A DNA stretch of 64,000 bases from a virus (lineage: Duplodnaviria; Caudoviricetes), in the IMG/VR virus record IMGVR_UViG_3300027708_000016; one strand, given 5' to 3'. A program made the position numbers and the translations under genes. Shown here piece by piece: positions 49,193 through 57,984 of this stretch (the first letter of the stretch is position 1; every line of letters begins with the position of its first letter). Under the pieces are notes generated by a model. It searched no databases and was not told the origin of the DNA. It saw nothing but the letters and a program-made list of their open reading frames with translations.

Positions 49193-50881
49193 TTAAAAAT
49201 GGTTTGTTCTTAGACCTTTTATAAAAAAAGAATCTGTATTATTAATACTATTGGGATAATTTATCCAGAAATAAACATAATTTGAATCTATTGTTGCGTT
49301 ATAATTTACTAAAATATTACCTGTTGTAATTTGACCATATTCTGAAACCACTGCTATATTGTCAATTAACGAAGCAACTAAATTTATTTCTGAATAATAA
49401 ATATCGTTACTATAATTTGCCTCTACTTGAAGCGTATACTTTGCTGTTTTAAAATCAGATAAATGAAATCTATCAACCAATGATTGCGTGTTAGTTCCCG
49501 ATAATGGAATTTGAACGAATATTGGTGTATGGGGATTTAAATTTATTGGTAAAAAATGATTTGGATTTGTTTGATCATTTCCTGCAAATTTATAAACTCT
49601 TCCATTTGTTAAGACTACATCATAACCTTTTTGTAATTGTTGAGTATTATATTGCGTAAATTGTTGTATGGTTTTATATGATGATGGTGCAACTACATCA
49701 GAATATATTAATGGAGCAAGAGATGTCGTATTACTTTCACCTAAAGAAAGTTGACCCGAAGCTGCATCGTATATTAAATTTCCACCACCTGTTTTAATAT
49801 TTGTTAAATGGCTACCGTCTCCATAAAGATAATTTGCTGTAATATTATCAGCATTTAAATTATTAACATATGTTGTGTTATCCTGTGAAGTAACAATATT
49901 TGAACCTATGACGAATGAATTGTTGTTGGTTGCTGTATTATTTTCACCTCCCAATATACCAGCATAGTTACCAGATGCAGTATTGTTTTTACCGCCTAGA
50001 ACATTAGAATATGTACCAGATGCAGTATTATTACCGTTTGTTGGCACTATTGAAAAATCACCAGTACCTGACATGTAAATCTGTTCACTTATGACAGGTA
50101 TTGACGGACTAACTTGACCTACCGTTAACCCTATTCCTTGTGAAAAATCAGAAAAGCTTCTTAATAATGGGGGAGCAGAAGATTGAGTAGAATCTTCTAA
50201 GGTTTTACCATCGGTTGTTAAAAATTTAGAATCAATGGTATAGATTTTTTTGTAAACCTCATCCATGCTTTTAAACATCCAACCTTTAATGGTAAATTGT
50301 GTCGTTGCGGTTATTCTATATGGTTGAGTGGGTCCCAAATTGTCTGGGTACTGCATGTTTATATTACCACTCCAAAGAACTTCACTTCTTATTTCATAAG
50401 GTGTGCTTGATTTGTGATTGCTTGGTAATTTCCAAGATATAATAATATATGGATCGGTATAGGGAACAAAATTCGTAAGAATTTGATCCATGTCAGCTTG
50501 ATACCTTGTTATAATTGTCATGTCAATTGTTATATTGACGGGAACAGGTTGAGGTATATGTTTTAAGAAGTTTCCACTTCCATCTTTAGGATCATAATCA
50601 ATGGTAAACCCATCAATTTTATTAAAAACTCTTGCTTGGTCTCTTGAAATACTTCCAATATTAACGGCAATAACAGGAACGGTTAATCCACCCGCCGCAG
50701 GACTATTTAAATTACTAAAAACCCTTTGTTTTGGTGAATATACGAATAAAACCTTATCACCAGTAACAGGCTCGACTAAAGTTTCATTTTGATCATACCT
50801 TTTGATGATAACATCATTAAAAGCACCGATAAATTGCTCAACAAGCGTCTGGACTTCCCAATTAAAAGTATAATTCTTCAC
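49193..50881 (-). CDS. gp15: Tail sheath stabiliser/terminator (T4 gp15-like) fused to fibre-type C-terminal domains
   Basis: N-terminal ~220 aa: FIGAFNDVIIKR, YSPKQR, PVPVNITIDMTI, DMDQILTNFVPY. C-terminal part: NNTASGTYSNVLGG repeats and an FKTAKYTLQVE domain. GTG start. Confidence 0.8.
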   Translation of the reverse strand: MKNYTFNWEVQTLVEQFIGAFNDVIIKRYDQNETLVEPVTGDKVLFVYSPKQRVFSNLNSPAAGGLTVPVIAVNIGSISRDQARVFNKIDGFTIDYDPKDGSGNFLKHIPQPVPVNITIDMTIITRYQADMDQILTNFVPYTDPYIIISWKLPSNHKSSTPYEIRSEVLWSGNINMQYPDNLGPTQPYRITATTQFTIKGWMFKSMDEVYKKIYTIDSKFLTTDGKTLEDSTQSSAPPLLRSFSDFSQGIGLTVGQVSPSIPVISEQIYMSGTGDFSIVPTNGNNTASGTYSNVLGGKNNTASGNYAGILGGENNTATNNNSFVIGSNIVTSQDNTTYVNNLNADNITANYLYGDGSHLTNIKTGGGNLIYDAASGQLSLGESNTTSLAPLIYSDVVAPSSYKTIQQFTQYNTQQLQKGYDVVLTNGRVYKFAGNDQTNPNHFLPINLNPHTPIFVQIPLSGTNTQSLVDRFHLSDFKTAKYTLQVEANYSNDIYYSEINLVASLIDNIAVVSEYGQITTGNILVNYNATIDSNYVYFWINYPNSINNTDSFFIKGLRTNHF

Positions 50882-50904
50882 TTACACTACTTAGTGAAAA
50901 AGAT

Positions 50905-51177
50905 TTACTTTATAAGATTGCTTAACTCTAAATTATTAGTAATACTGCTTTTAATTGCTTCAAGATCAAGAGCTTTTTTAACACAGTTACAAAGATAGTA
51001 ATGAAAATTTTGATTATCTCTTCCAATGTGACCTCTACCAAAGCATTTTTTACAAGATGATGATGGTTTTTTCAATAATGGAAGCTGCCCCATGTCTAAT
51101 AATGAGAAATCGGACTCTGGAATGGTGTAAAATGTTCCAGAAAATGCGCTATATATGATTTTAGTTGATTCTTGCAT
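50905..51177 (-). CDS. Small Cys-rich (zinc-finger-like) protein
   Basis: CKKCFGRG...CNC. Confidence 0.55.
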   Translation of the reverse strand: MQESTKIIYSAFSGTFYTIPESDFSLLDMGQLPLLKKPSSSCKKCFGRGHIGRDNQNFHYYLCNCVKKALDLEAIKSSITNNLELSNLIK

Positions 51178-51520
51178 CGATTGTTAAAATTTTATCCCAA
51201 AATTTGTTACCAGAAACTTTTGCAGGATAAACCATAAGATTATTTTCAATTTCTGGTGCATGTTTTGCTAATGTTTTAATTCGGTAATCAAAATATATTA
51301 AATTATCTTCTTCGTGTATTTCGGTTTCAAATGGGATGGGTATTTCTATCTTTTCTTTTAATTTCTTTGTAGTATCCATTATAAAAGTAAGATAAAAATT
51401 CTTTTGATAAAAAATAACTAATTTTCCTTGTTTGTGAATTTTTTTATCAATTTCTATTGAAATTTGTTTTTGTAATAAAAATTTACAGGCTTTTTCTAAA
51501 ATTGTTCCAGATATAGTCAT
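51161..51520 (-). CDS. Hypothetical protein
   Basis: 119 aa ORF translationally coupled to its neighbours. Confidence 0.6.
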   Translation of the reverse strand: MTISGTILEKACKFLLQKQISIEIDKKIHKQGKLVIFYQKNFYLTFIMDTTKKLKEKIEIPIPFETEIHEEDNLIYFDYRIKTLAKHAPEIENNLMVYPAKVSGNKFWDKILTIDARIN

Positions 51521-51903
51521 TATTTGTCCATGAATCCTTTTTTCTGTGCAGGTGACATTTTTAATATTACATCCACAAAGTATTTTAAAAATTTTGCCAT
51601 TGGTGTTGTTGGTATAATGGATACAATTTCACACCCTTCGCATGAAACGTTTCTCCAATCCTGCATCATGATATCCCAAACTGTTGCCAAGTTCTTTTTT
51701 ATAGCATTATATGGTGGTGGATTTTTTGGTTTTTTAAAATTTAATGTTTCTTTACCAAAAACCGAATTTAAAAGTTTTCTATCCAACGTACAAAGCATTC
51801 TTCTTGATGTTGGTTTTCTGGTTTTGTCTCTTCTAGTAAATTTTAATTCCACCAAATTAGTTTGGCAAATTTTCATTACTGTTAATGGAGATAAACCTGC
51901 CAT
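51520..51903 (-). CDS. Sm-like/WYL_2-type SH3 beta-barrel protein
   Basis: VELKFTRRD...RRMLCTL...VWDIMMQDWRNV is the pattern of a small protein conserved in T4-like phages. Confidence 0.6.
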   Translation of the reverse strand: MAGLSPLTVMKICQTNLVELKFTRRDKTRKPTSRRMLCTLDRKLLNSVFGKETLNFKKPKNPPPYNAIKKNLATVWDIMMQDWRNVSCEGCEIVSIIPTTPMAKFLKYFVDVILKMSPAQKKGFMDK

Positions 51904-51909
51904 AATTTA

Positions 51910-52326
51910 TTACTTAATCTTTTTGTTAATTTTTTTTAATTGAGGTTGTGGTTTTGCTTCACATACACCAAATATTCTACTTTCGTTTAAAAATACAATG
52001 TGTTTTAAATCATTAAGGTTTGATACTTTGATACCTTTGTCATTTGGGAACACAATAATATCATTAGCCTTAACAGTCTTGCAATCAGGTCCTGCAAGGA
52101 TTACTCTTGCAAGTCTCCATGCAAAATTTACGGTGTTAATTGGAACCCATATACTACCTCTTAAAATTTCCGTACCATCATCGTTAACGTCAATATACTG
52201 ACACATCAATATATCATCTAAAACTTTTGTTAATGTCCAACTATCTAATTCAAAAGCATGACCTAGATAGTTATCTAGCTGTACTTTACCACCGATATTG
52301 TCATTTTGTTCTGGTCTTTCAATCAT
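51910..52326 (-). CDS. Co-chaperonin GroES-like (T4 gp31 analogue)
   Basis: KVLDDILM...GSIWVP...ARVILAGPDCKTVKANDIIVFP...FLNESRIFGV. Confidence 0.75.
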   Translation of the reverse strand: MIERPEQNDNIGGKVQLDNYLGHAFELDSWTLTKVLDDILMCQYIDVNDDGTEILRGSIWVPINTVNFAWRLARVILAGPDCKTVKANDIIVFPNDKGIKVSNLNDLKHIVFLNESRIFGVCEAKPQPQLKKINKKIK

Positions 52327-52331
52327 ATATT

Positions 52332-52697
52332 TTATTTAGGCAATAAATTTAATTCTTCAAGTGTGTTATTATACATTTCTAATTCTTTTCTTGAAATTTC
52401 CATAACCGAACACAAATTATCAAGGTTTGGATCGCTTTCTTCTACCCCTTTATTGCTTTTTTTAATGTATTGTATTTTTTTAGTATGCTTTGGGATTACT
52501 TTATAATAAAACTTCGCTAAAAATTCTTCATCTGATATATTCCACTTGTTCGTAGTCATATTGACAATCTGTGCAATTGGTTTACTCGTCATTGACAGCC
52601 ATCTATTTGTCATATAACTTATATTTTTAGGTATCTCTGGCTTTTTGGAATCAATTTTAAGAATCCAATTTAAAAATGGAAAGAATATGTTTTTCAC
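52332..52697 (-). CDS. Possible clamp-loader small subunit (T4 gp62-like)
   Basis: SYMTNRWLSM...FYYKVIPK...YIKK resembles the gp62 pattern FMxNRxLS...IxK; weak match. Confidence 0.45.
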   Translation of the reverse strand: MKNIFFPFLNWILKIDSKKPEIPKNISYMTNRWLSMTSKPIAQIVNMTTNKWNISDEEFLAKFYYKVIPKHTKKIQYIKKSNKGVEESDPNLDNLCSVMEISRKELEMYNNTLEELNLLPK

Positions 52698-53365
52698 TTA
52701 TAGAATCTATCAAATTTAAGTGCACTAACTTGCCATTCATTACTATTCATCGAATCGCCTAGTCCAAAATGCACAACTCTAATAGGAGTAACACCCATCT
52801 TAAGCTTTTTCTGGTTAGCATTCAAGCATAATGTCATGTCGTAATGATGAAAGTCAAAATTTTCATCAAATTTTAATTGTTTTTCTAAAAATTTATCTAT
52901 GTTTACGGCAAGAAATAGTCCATCAAGTATTAATGCACGAGAATCTGACTTTCCAAAAACACTTGTCCAAACAATACCTTGGTGTGAATGACCAACTTCA
53001 CCCACATGATCCTGTTTCTCGCTCATTAAATGCCATGCAGGTGGTTTTGATAGGTCGCATTTCTTTGATCCAGCTAACCCAACAATATCATATTTTTCAA
53101 ATGCTATGTTTAGTTTCTCTTCCCAAAACAAATCTTCAATTAAAACATCGTCATGAACAAAAATTACTCTTTTTCCCTTGTAAGATTCATTTATAAATTT
53201 GTTGTAGATTTTAGATAATCCTTCTTTGTTTTCAAATAATATTGAACATTGATTGGTTAATCCTGCCTTTTCTAAAAAAATTGCAATTTGAGATTTTTCC
53301 CAAAAATCGTTGTGATTATATTGAGTTGCAATTACAAAATGGTAAATACTTGATAGATTTGTCAT
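52694..53365 (-). CDS. Glycosyltransferase-like (GT-A) protein
   Basis: IYNKFI; IFVHDDV; IVGLAG; LDGLFLAV; FDENFDFHHYDMTLCL. Confidence 0.75.
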   Translation of the reverse strand: MTNLSSIYHFVIATQYNHNDFWEKSQIAIFLEKAGLTNQCSILFENKEGLSKIYNKFINESYKGKRVIFVHDDVLIEDLFWEEKLNIAFEKYDIVGLAGSKKCDLSKPPAWHLMSEKQDHVGEVGHSHQGIVWTSVFGKSDSRALILDGLFLAVNIDKFLEKQLKFDENFDFHHYDMTLCLNANQKKLKMGVTPIRVVHFGLGDSMNSNEWQVSALKFDRFYK

Positions 53366-53392
53366 ATTAAAGGATAAATAGTTGTAAATATA

Positions 53393-54034
53393 ATGATGAA
53401 GAACACTAAAAAAGTCAAGAGTAAATTAAAGCCTCGTATGAAGCTTAAGAAAACTAATTTAAAATCAACTGTTCCTGATCAGTGTAGTTGTGAGCAAAAA
53501 GAAGCAAGAAATATTCTTAAAAAGAATATGGCAGGTGATCCAAAATTAAATGAATCATCAAATCTTTTGTTCGCAGAACAATTTTTAATTTCATTATTAA
53601 CAGAAGAAGAGGAACTTCAAGGTGAGTTGCCAGCAGGACCGCCAGCCGAAACTGCACCTGAAGATTTTACACCAGAAAAAAACCAAAAGGATTTTACAGA
53701 TTCATTAGAGCAGGGAACAGATGCCAACGAGTTTGATGTTGAAGGTGTTTCTTCGGATATCACACTTGAAACAATTAAAAAGGTTAAAGATTGGGCTATC
53801 AAATTAAATGATTTTGAAAAGTTTTTAAATAACCCATCACAAGATTCACTTCACCGTATTTTAGCTGATAATGATCGTGCTGGTAGCTTACTTCGTGGTA
53901 TTACCCGTAAGGCTTCTGATTCAATCACTCGTATTGCTGGCGAAATTGCAAAGCTTAAAGAAGTTCTCAATACATTCGTCAACACCGCACCAAAGAAGAT
54001 GCGTGATACTGAGCAGTTAAAGTTAGGTAGTTAA
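53393..54034 (+). CDS. Hypothetical protein, possible virion/internal protein
   Basis: 213 aa with a basic N-terminus, acidic middle and helical C-terminus; TAAATA just upstream. Confidence 0.55.
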   Translation: MMKNTKKVKSKLKPRMKLKKTNLKSTVPDQCSCEQKEARNILKKNMAGDPKLNESSNLLFAEQFLISLLTEEEELQGELPAGPPAETAPEDFTPEKNQKDFTDSLEQGTDANEFDVEGVSSDITLETIKKVKDWAIKLNDFEKFLNNPSQDSLHRILADNDRAGSLLRGITRKASDSITRIAGEIAKLKEVLNTFVNTAPKKMRDTEQLKLGS

Positions 54035-55000
54035 TTGTAAACAATTATCAAGGATTACTTGGTAATCAATTTCATTTAAATCTTCAAAGATACACCATTC
54101 GTTAAAATCTTTGTAACCTGTTCCTTTCTTCCAAGAAAAGATTGATTCGTTATTCATAAGAATTTCTTTCATCTTTTCCTTTGCTGTATCATCATGATTA
54201 GGATTATCCAATACCCATATTCTTTTGTGAAATGGAAACTCTGCTAATTGATCAGACTGGGTTTTTGTTAAACTAATACCAGCAACACCCACTGCGTTTT
54301 TAACGCACATTGAATCAATAGGTCCTTCAAACAAAAAGATGTAAGGAATGTCTACGTTCACCCTTTCAATTCCAAAAACTGTTTTCTCATATCCAGACTT
54401 GCCTAAATACCTTGGTTCACTTCTATCAAGTGCTCTGGTTTGGTAAAACGTTACCTTTCTGTTTCTATCATAGAAAGGTATACAAAGTCTGTTAGCATGA
54501 GTGCTGTCAGTAAGACTTATAAAAAGATTTGGAGATTTATTTACAAGAGTATCGAGTTTTCTATTTTTAACATATGTTAATGCTTCACTAAAATACTTGT
54601 TGTTTTTATAATACTGTTGCTGAACTTGATCAAATATATTAATTGAATCATAAGGTAGGTCAGGAATTGTTTTTCTTTTATATGTTGTTGTAATATTTTC
54701 CTTTTTAAATACATCCACTGATATATCATCGGAATTAATCTCCAGTTGAATATCTTCATATGACATACCTGTAGTTTTCTTAATCCAATTCAAAGCTGAC
54801 CAAGTTTCATTACAGTTAAAACAATGAAAAGTATTGGTATTAGGATAATACCAGAGTCTTTTTTTTCTACCCAAACTTTTTCCTTCTTTACAGATAGGAC
54901 ATGATGCATTATACTGACCGTTATGCTTTTTAAATTCTGGTTCTATGGAATAACTCATGAATTTATTCATGACATAGGTAGACGGAAGCCTGTGTTTCAT
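54023..55000 (-). CDS. gp61: DNA primase (T4 gp61-like)
   Basis: Zn finger CPIC...FHCFNC; RLCIPFYD; TOPRIM FEGPIDSM; WVLDN; KDFNE. Confidence 0.93.
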   Translation of the reverse strand: MKHRLPSTYVMNKFMSYSIEPEFKKHNGQYNASCPICKEGKSLGRKKRLWYYPNTNTFHCFNCNETWSALNWIKKTTGMSYEDIQLEINSDDISVDVFKKENITTTYKRKTIPDLPYDSINIFDQVQQQYYKNNKYFSEALTYVKNRKLDTLVNKSPNLFISLTDSTHANRLCIPFYDRNRKVTFYQTRALDRSEPRYLGKSGYEKTVFGIERVNVDIPYIFLFEGPIDSMCVKNAVGVAGISLTKTQSDQLAEFPFHKRIWVLDNPNHDDTAKEKMKEILMNNESIFSWKKGTGYKDFNEWCIFEDLNEIDYQVILDNCLQLTT

Positions 55001-55006
55001 ATTCTC

Positions 55007-55034
55007 AATATAACAGAGAATATCTTGAAGTCAA
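55007..55034 (-). promoter_or_regulatory. Sigma70-like promoter TTGACT-N16-TATATT (primase)
   Basis: The -10 box ends 6 nt before the ATG at 55000. Confidence 0.7.
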
Positions 55035-55487
55035 TTAAATTTCAGTATGCTGAACTTTAGGTGGTGATTCGGCATTGAACCATTCTGCGGTTTCTTTAGA
55101 AGTTGGTTCTTTTGGATTTGTTACCATATCCTCTAAGTTTTGCTCTTCTGGTTGGGATTCTTCTTCTTTGTAAGGTTCAAACGGACACTCATCATGGTTT
55201 TTTAACCAATCATAAAATATAACAGCATATCCATCTGCAATTTCACTTTTTTTAAGTTGTTTAAAGATTAAAGAAATTGCATTTTTAAGAGTTTTAGGTG
55301 TATAAAAATCTTTATCTTTTAATTTTAAAGCAATTGATTTAAAATGCCCCTTGTGTTCATCTTCTGGGTCAAGTTCATTAATTAATTTTTTAACCGAATC
55401 AAGATTAAACTTAAACTTTTTTGTTTCATCTTTTTTTCTTCCTTCCTCTAAAAGATTTTCAACTAAAATATCATAATTCTTTAACAT
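55035..55487 (-). CDS. Hypothetical protein, possible internal head protein
   Basis: MLKNYDILVENLLEE leader; TAAGTA 5 nt before the ATG. Confidence 0.55.
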   Translation of the reverse strand: MLKNYDILVENLLEEGRKKDETKKFKFNLDSVKKLINELDPEDEHKGHFKSIALKLKDKDFYTPKTLKNAISLIFKQLKKSEIADGYAVIFYDWLKNHDECPFEPYKEEESQPEEQNLEDMVTNPKEPTSKETAEWFNAESPPKVQHTEI

Positions 55488-55509
55488 ATTACTACTTATA
55501 TGTTATATA

Positions 55510-55845
55510 TTACCTTTTCTTACTTTCAATAATTTTTAAAATTTCAATAACCGCATATCTTCCTATATGTGAATCAGTGCAACCATTAGCTCTTGAGCAG
55601 TCTTTCCATCTTTTTATTAAATCTTCACTACATCTAAAATTTGCTACTGCTGTCTGTTCGCCTTTTCTTTTATTTTCTTGTGGTGGAAGTTGGAAATTTT
55701 TTTCTTCAATTAATTTTAAAATATTTTCTAATCCACGCACTAAAATATCAGATGCAGTTAAATTTTCTAGTGTAGTTGCTGTTTGTTTGAATTTAATTAA
55801 TAAGTCAAGTGGTATTCTAAAAGATGAATTTTTTTTAATAGACAT
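55510..55845 (-). CDS. Tandem ribbon-helix-helix DNA-binding protein
   Basis: SSFRIPLDLLIKFKQTA...SDILVRGL and ANFRCSEDLIKRWKDCS...SHIGRYAV. Confidence 0.6.
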   Translation of the reverse strand: MSIKKNSSFRIPLDLLIKFKQTATTLENLTASDILVRGLENILKLIEEKNFQLPPQENKRKGEQTAVANFRCSEDLIKRWKDCSRANGCTDSHIGRYAVIEILKIIESKKR

Positions 55846-55853
55846 ATATATAA

Positions 55854-56537
55854 TTACCTAATACCCATGTCTTTTTCGATTCTTTTTAAATCTGCTTCGC
55901 TTGCACCTATAACAGTACTAAGCAAACTGGTCTCCTCACCAAAAAATTTACCATTTGGTTGGATGTAAAGTTCGGTCATTTTAATTCTTTCTTCTCTATT
56001 ACCAAAAATTTCAATTAATGCTGGTGAATCTTCTTTTGGAAAGACTCTGCCATCTGCTCTATTGTATGATTCACTAAATACTTTAAAAATATTGTCAATT
56101 TCTTCTCTAAAGGTTTCATCAATCTCTCTAAATCCATCATTTTCAATTGGTACGGAGGCTACTTTTGTTAGTGGTACAAAGAAAATAATATCAAACATCT
56201 TCAATGTTTCTCTTATCATGACTCTTTGTTCGTCAAGAAGTTTGTCACTAAGCTTTCCATTCAAGTTCAACCATGAAGAATATGCCAAAACATCAAGAAC
56301 GCACCTGTCAGTAATAAAAAAATCATTACCTGCTGAGTTAATAATCTGATCGGTTAAGAAATTTAGAATTTCCTTCTGTGTTTCTTCGGTTGATTCTTTG
56401 CTATGGGGAAGATTTTTTTCCTGTAACATCTCCCTGTAAGATTTATTCGTTGTCGTGTACATTGACCAATTCGTAATGAAATCCTTTACGAATGTGGACT
56501 TACCCATGTTTTGTGAACCTACTACCGCTATTTTCAT
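55854..56537 (-). CDS. P-loop NTPase/kinase (AAA_28, NadR/Ttd14-like)
   Basis: Walker A GSQNMGKST; TDRCVLDVLAYS; DIIFFVP. Confidence 0.8.
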   Translation of the reverse strand: MKIAVVGSQNMGKSTFVKDFITNWSMYTTTNKSYREMLQEKNLPHSKESTEETQKEILNFLTDQIINSAGNDFFITDRCVLDVLAYSSWLNLNGKLSDKLLDEQRVMIRETLKMFDIIFFVPLTKVASVPIENDGFREIDETFREEIDNIFKVFSESYNRADGRVFPKEDSPALIEIFGNREERIKMTELYIQPNGKFFGEETSLLSTVIGASEADLKRIEKDMGIR

Positions 56538-56833
56538 TCTTTTATATCCTTTACAATTTCAGGAAAAAACTTAACAATTTCTTGTGTGTGTTCGTCATGA
56601 AAAACATCTTCATCTTTATTATTTTTAAAAGCAACAATATTTATGTCATCTAAAACAATTTCTGGAAACATTATTCTAATTTTTTTTGCAAGTTCAAACA
56701 TATTTAATGTTTCTTGTTTATAAAAAGAAGCACATACATCAACACTTGATGAAAATAAAAGACTTTCTAAAAGAGTTTTTACTTCATCTTTTGTTAAAGA
56801 TGAAATACTATAAGATTCATTAATATTATTCAT
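56534..56833 (-). CDS. Hypothetical protein
   Basis: 99 aa ORF with a sigma70-like promoter directly upstream. Confidence 0.6.
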   Translation of the reverse strand: MNNINESYSISSLTKDEVKTLLESLLFSSSVDVCASFYKQETLNMFELAKKIRIMFPEIVLDDINIVAFKNNKDEDVFHDEHTQEIVKFFPEIVKDIKE

Positions 56834-56841
56834 TACCTACT

Positions 56842-56869
56842 ATTTTAATAGTAATAATGAAAAAGTCAA
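56842..56869 (-). promoter_or_regulatory. Sigma70-like promoter TTGACT-N16-TAAAAT
   Basis: The -10 box ends 8 nt before the ATG at 56833. Confidence 0.65.
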
Positions 56870-56876
56870 ACTAATA

Positions 56877-57353
56877 TTATTCATCCCCAGCCATTGGGAC
56901 GCTGTCTAGTGTTTGTTTAATGTTTTTAATTTCTTGTTTCGTGTCTGTTGATTTTTTAGGATCTAATTTAGTGGAAAGTGCTGTTAATATACTATCCAAT
57001 TTAGTCATTTGACCTCTGCCTTCCATTGCTTTTAAAATTTCATTTTTATCCTCACCTTTATAATTTTTTAAAATAAAATCATATAATGAATTTAAAAAAT
57101 TCTGAATTACATTTGGTTCATCATTTATCATCTGATTGTCATTTGGTGTGGGTAATGCAGAATCTTCGGTTGAAGATACTTGTTGGGGTGTATTCATATC
57201 TGCGCCAGCTTCATCTTCCACTTCGGGTGCTACTTCGGGTGCAGGGGCATTAGTTGGATCAAGTTCTTCTGAACCTGCGGGTTCTTCGGTTGGCATTCCT
57301 TGAGCCTCAAGAATGTGATTATATTTCCCAATCAGATTTAAAAATTTACTCAT
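56877..57353 (-). CDS. Acidic hypothetical protein, possible internal head protein
   Basis: MSKFLNLIGKYNHILE leader followed by a P/E/A-rich region. Confidence 0.55.
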   Translation of the reverse strand: MSKFLNLIGKYNHILEAQGMPTEEPAGSEELDPTNAPAPEVAPEVEDEAGADMNTPQQVSSTEDSALPTPNDNQMINDEPNVIQNFLNSLYDFILKNYKGEDKNEILKAMEGRGQMTKLDSILTALSTKLDPKKSTDTKQEIKNIKQTLDSVPMAGDE

Positions 57354-57371
57354 ATTAATCTATTTATCTAT

Positions 57372-57983
57372 TTATGCACAACTTTCCACAAGTTTAGCTT
57401 CTGCTTCTCGTCTTTCTAGTAATCCATCCAACCCTTTGCCTTCCCATATACGTTTCATTTTGCGAAGTTCTTTGGCTATACCTTTATAATCTTTCTTGGG
57501 AACTAAAACTCTTATGTTTCTCATTTCTAAACGACTATCTCCTGTTAATGAAGATCCTCTGTTAAAAACTAGAGAGACAATTGCACCATAGGCATCATCA
57601 CAAAGCTCTGAGAGGCTTGGGAAAGCTTTTTCTGCAAGTCTAGAAAACTTTGCCCATGTAATCTTATCAAATATATCTATGGCTTTATCCCAAGGGATTT
57701 CTATACCACTATTTTTATGTTGTTGAGTATATTCTTTACCAGCTTGTCCTGTTTTACCAGAAGCACCTTTTATTATTTCTAATTGATCTTTAGGGAGAAA
57801 AGAAAACATTGTTTCTAATTCGTTTGGGGTATAATAACCACAATCAATTCCAATACCAAGAGTCATTCCACTAGCACCACTGGGCCATTCTGGTTTAGTC
57901 AAATACTTTTCATAGTAGGATTTTCCACCACCTACTTCATATTCTAAAATTAATGCTAGTGCTTTCGATGATGGGTTTTTCAT
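57372..57983 (-). CDS. Endolysin, pesticin/T4-lysozyme-like muramidase
   Basis: LILEYEVGGG...PEWPSGASGMTLGIGIDCG; AIVSLVFNRG; GLLERREAEAKL. Confidence 0.8.
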   Translation of the reverse strand: MKNPSSKALALILEYEVGGGKSYYEKYLTKPEWPSGASGMTLGIGIDCGYYTPNELETMFSFLPKDQLEIIKGASGKTGQAGKEYTQQHKNSGIEIPWDKAIDIFDKITWAKFSRLAEKAFPSLSELCDDAYGAIVSLVFNRGSSLTGDSRLEMRNIRVLVPKKDYKGIAKELRKMKRIWEGKGLDGLLERREAEAKLVESCA

Positions 57984-57984
57984 A

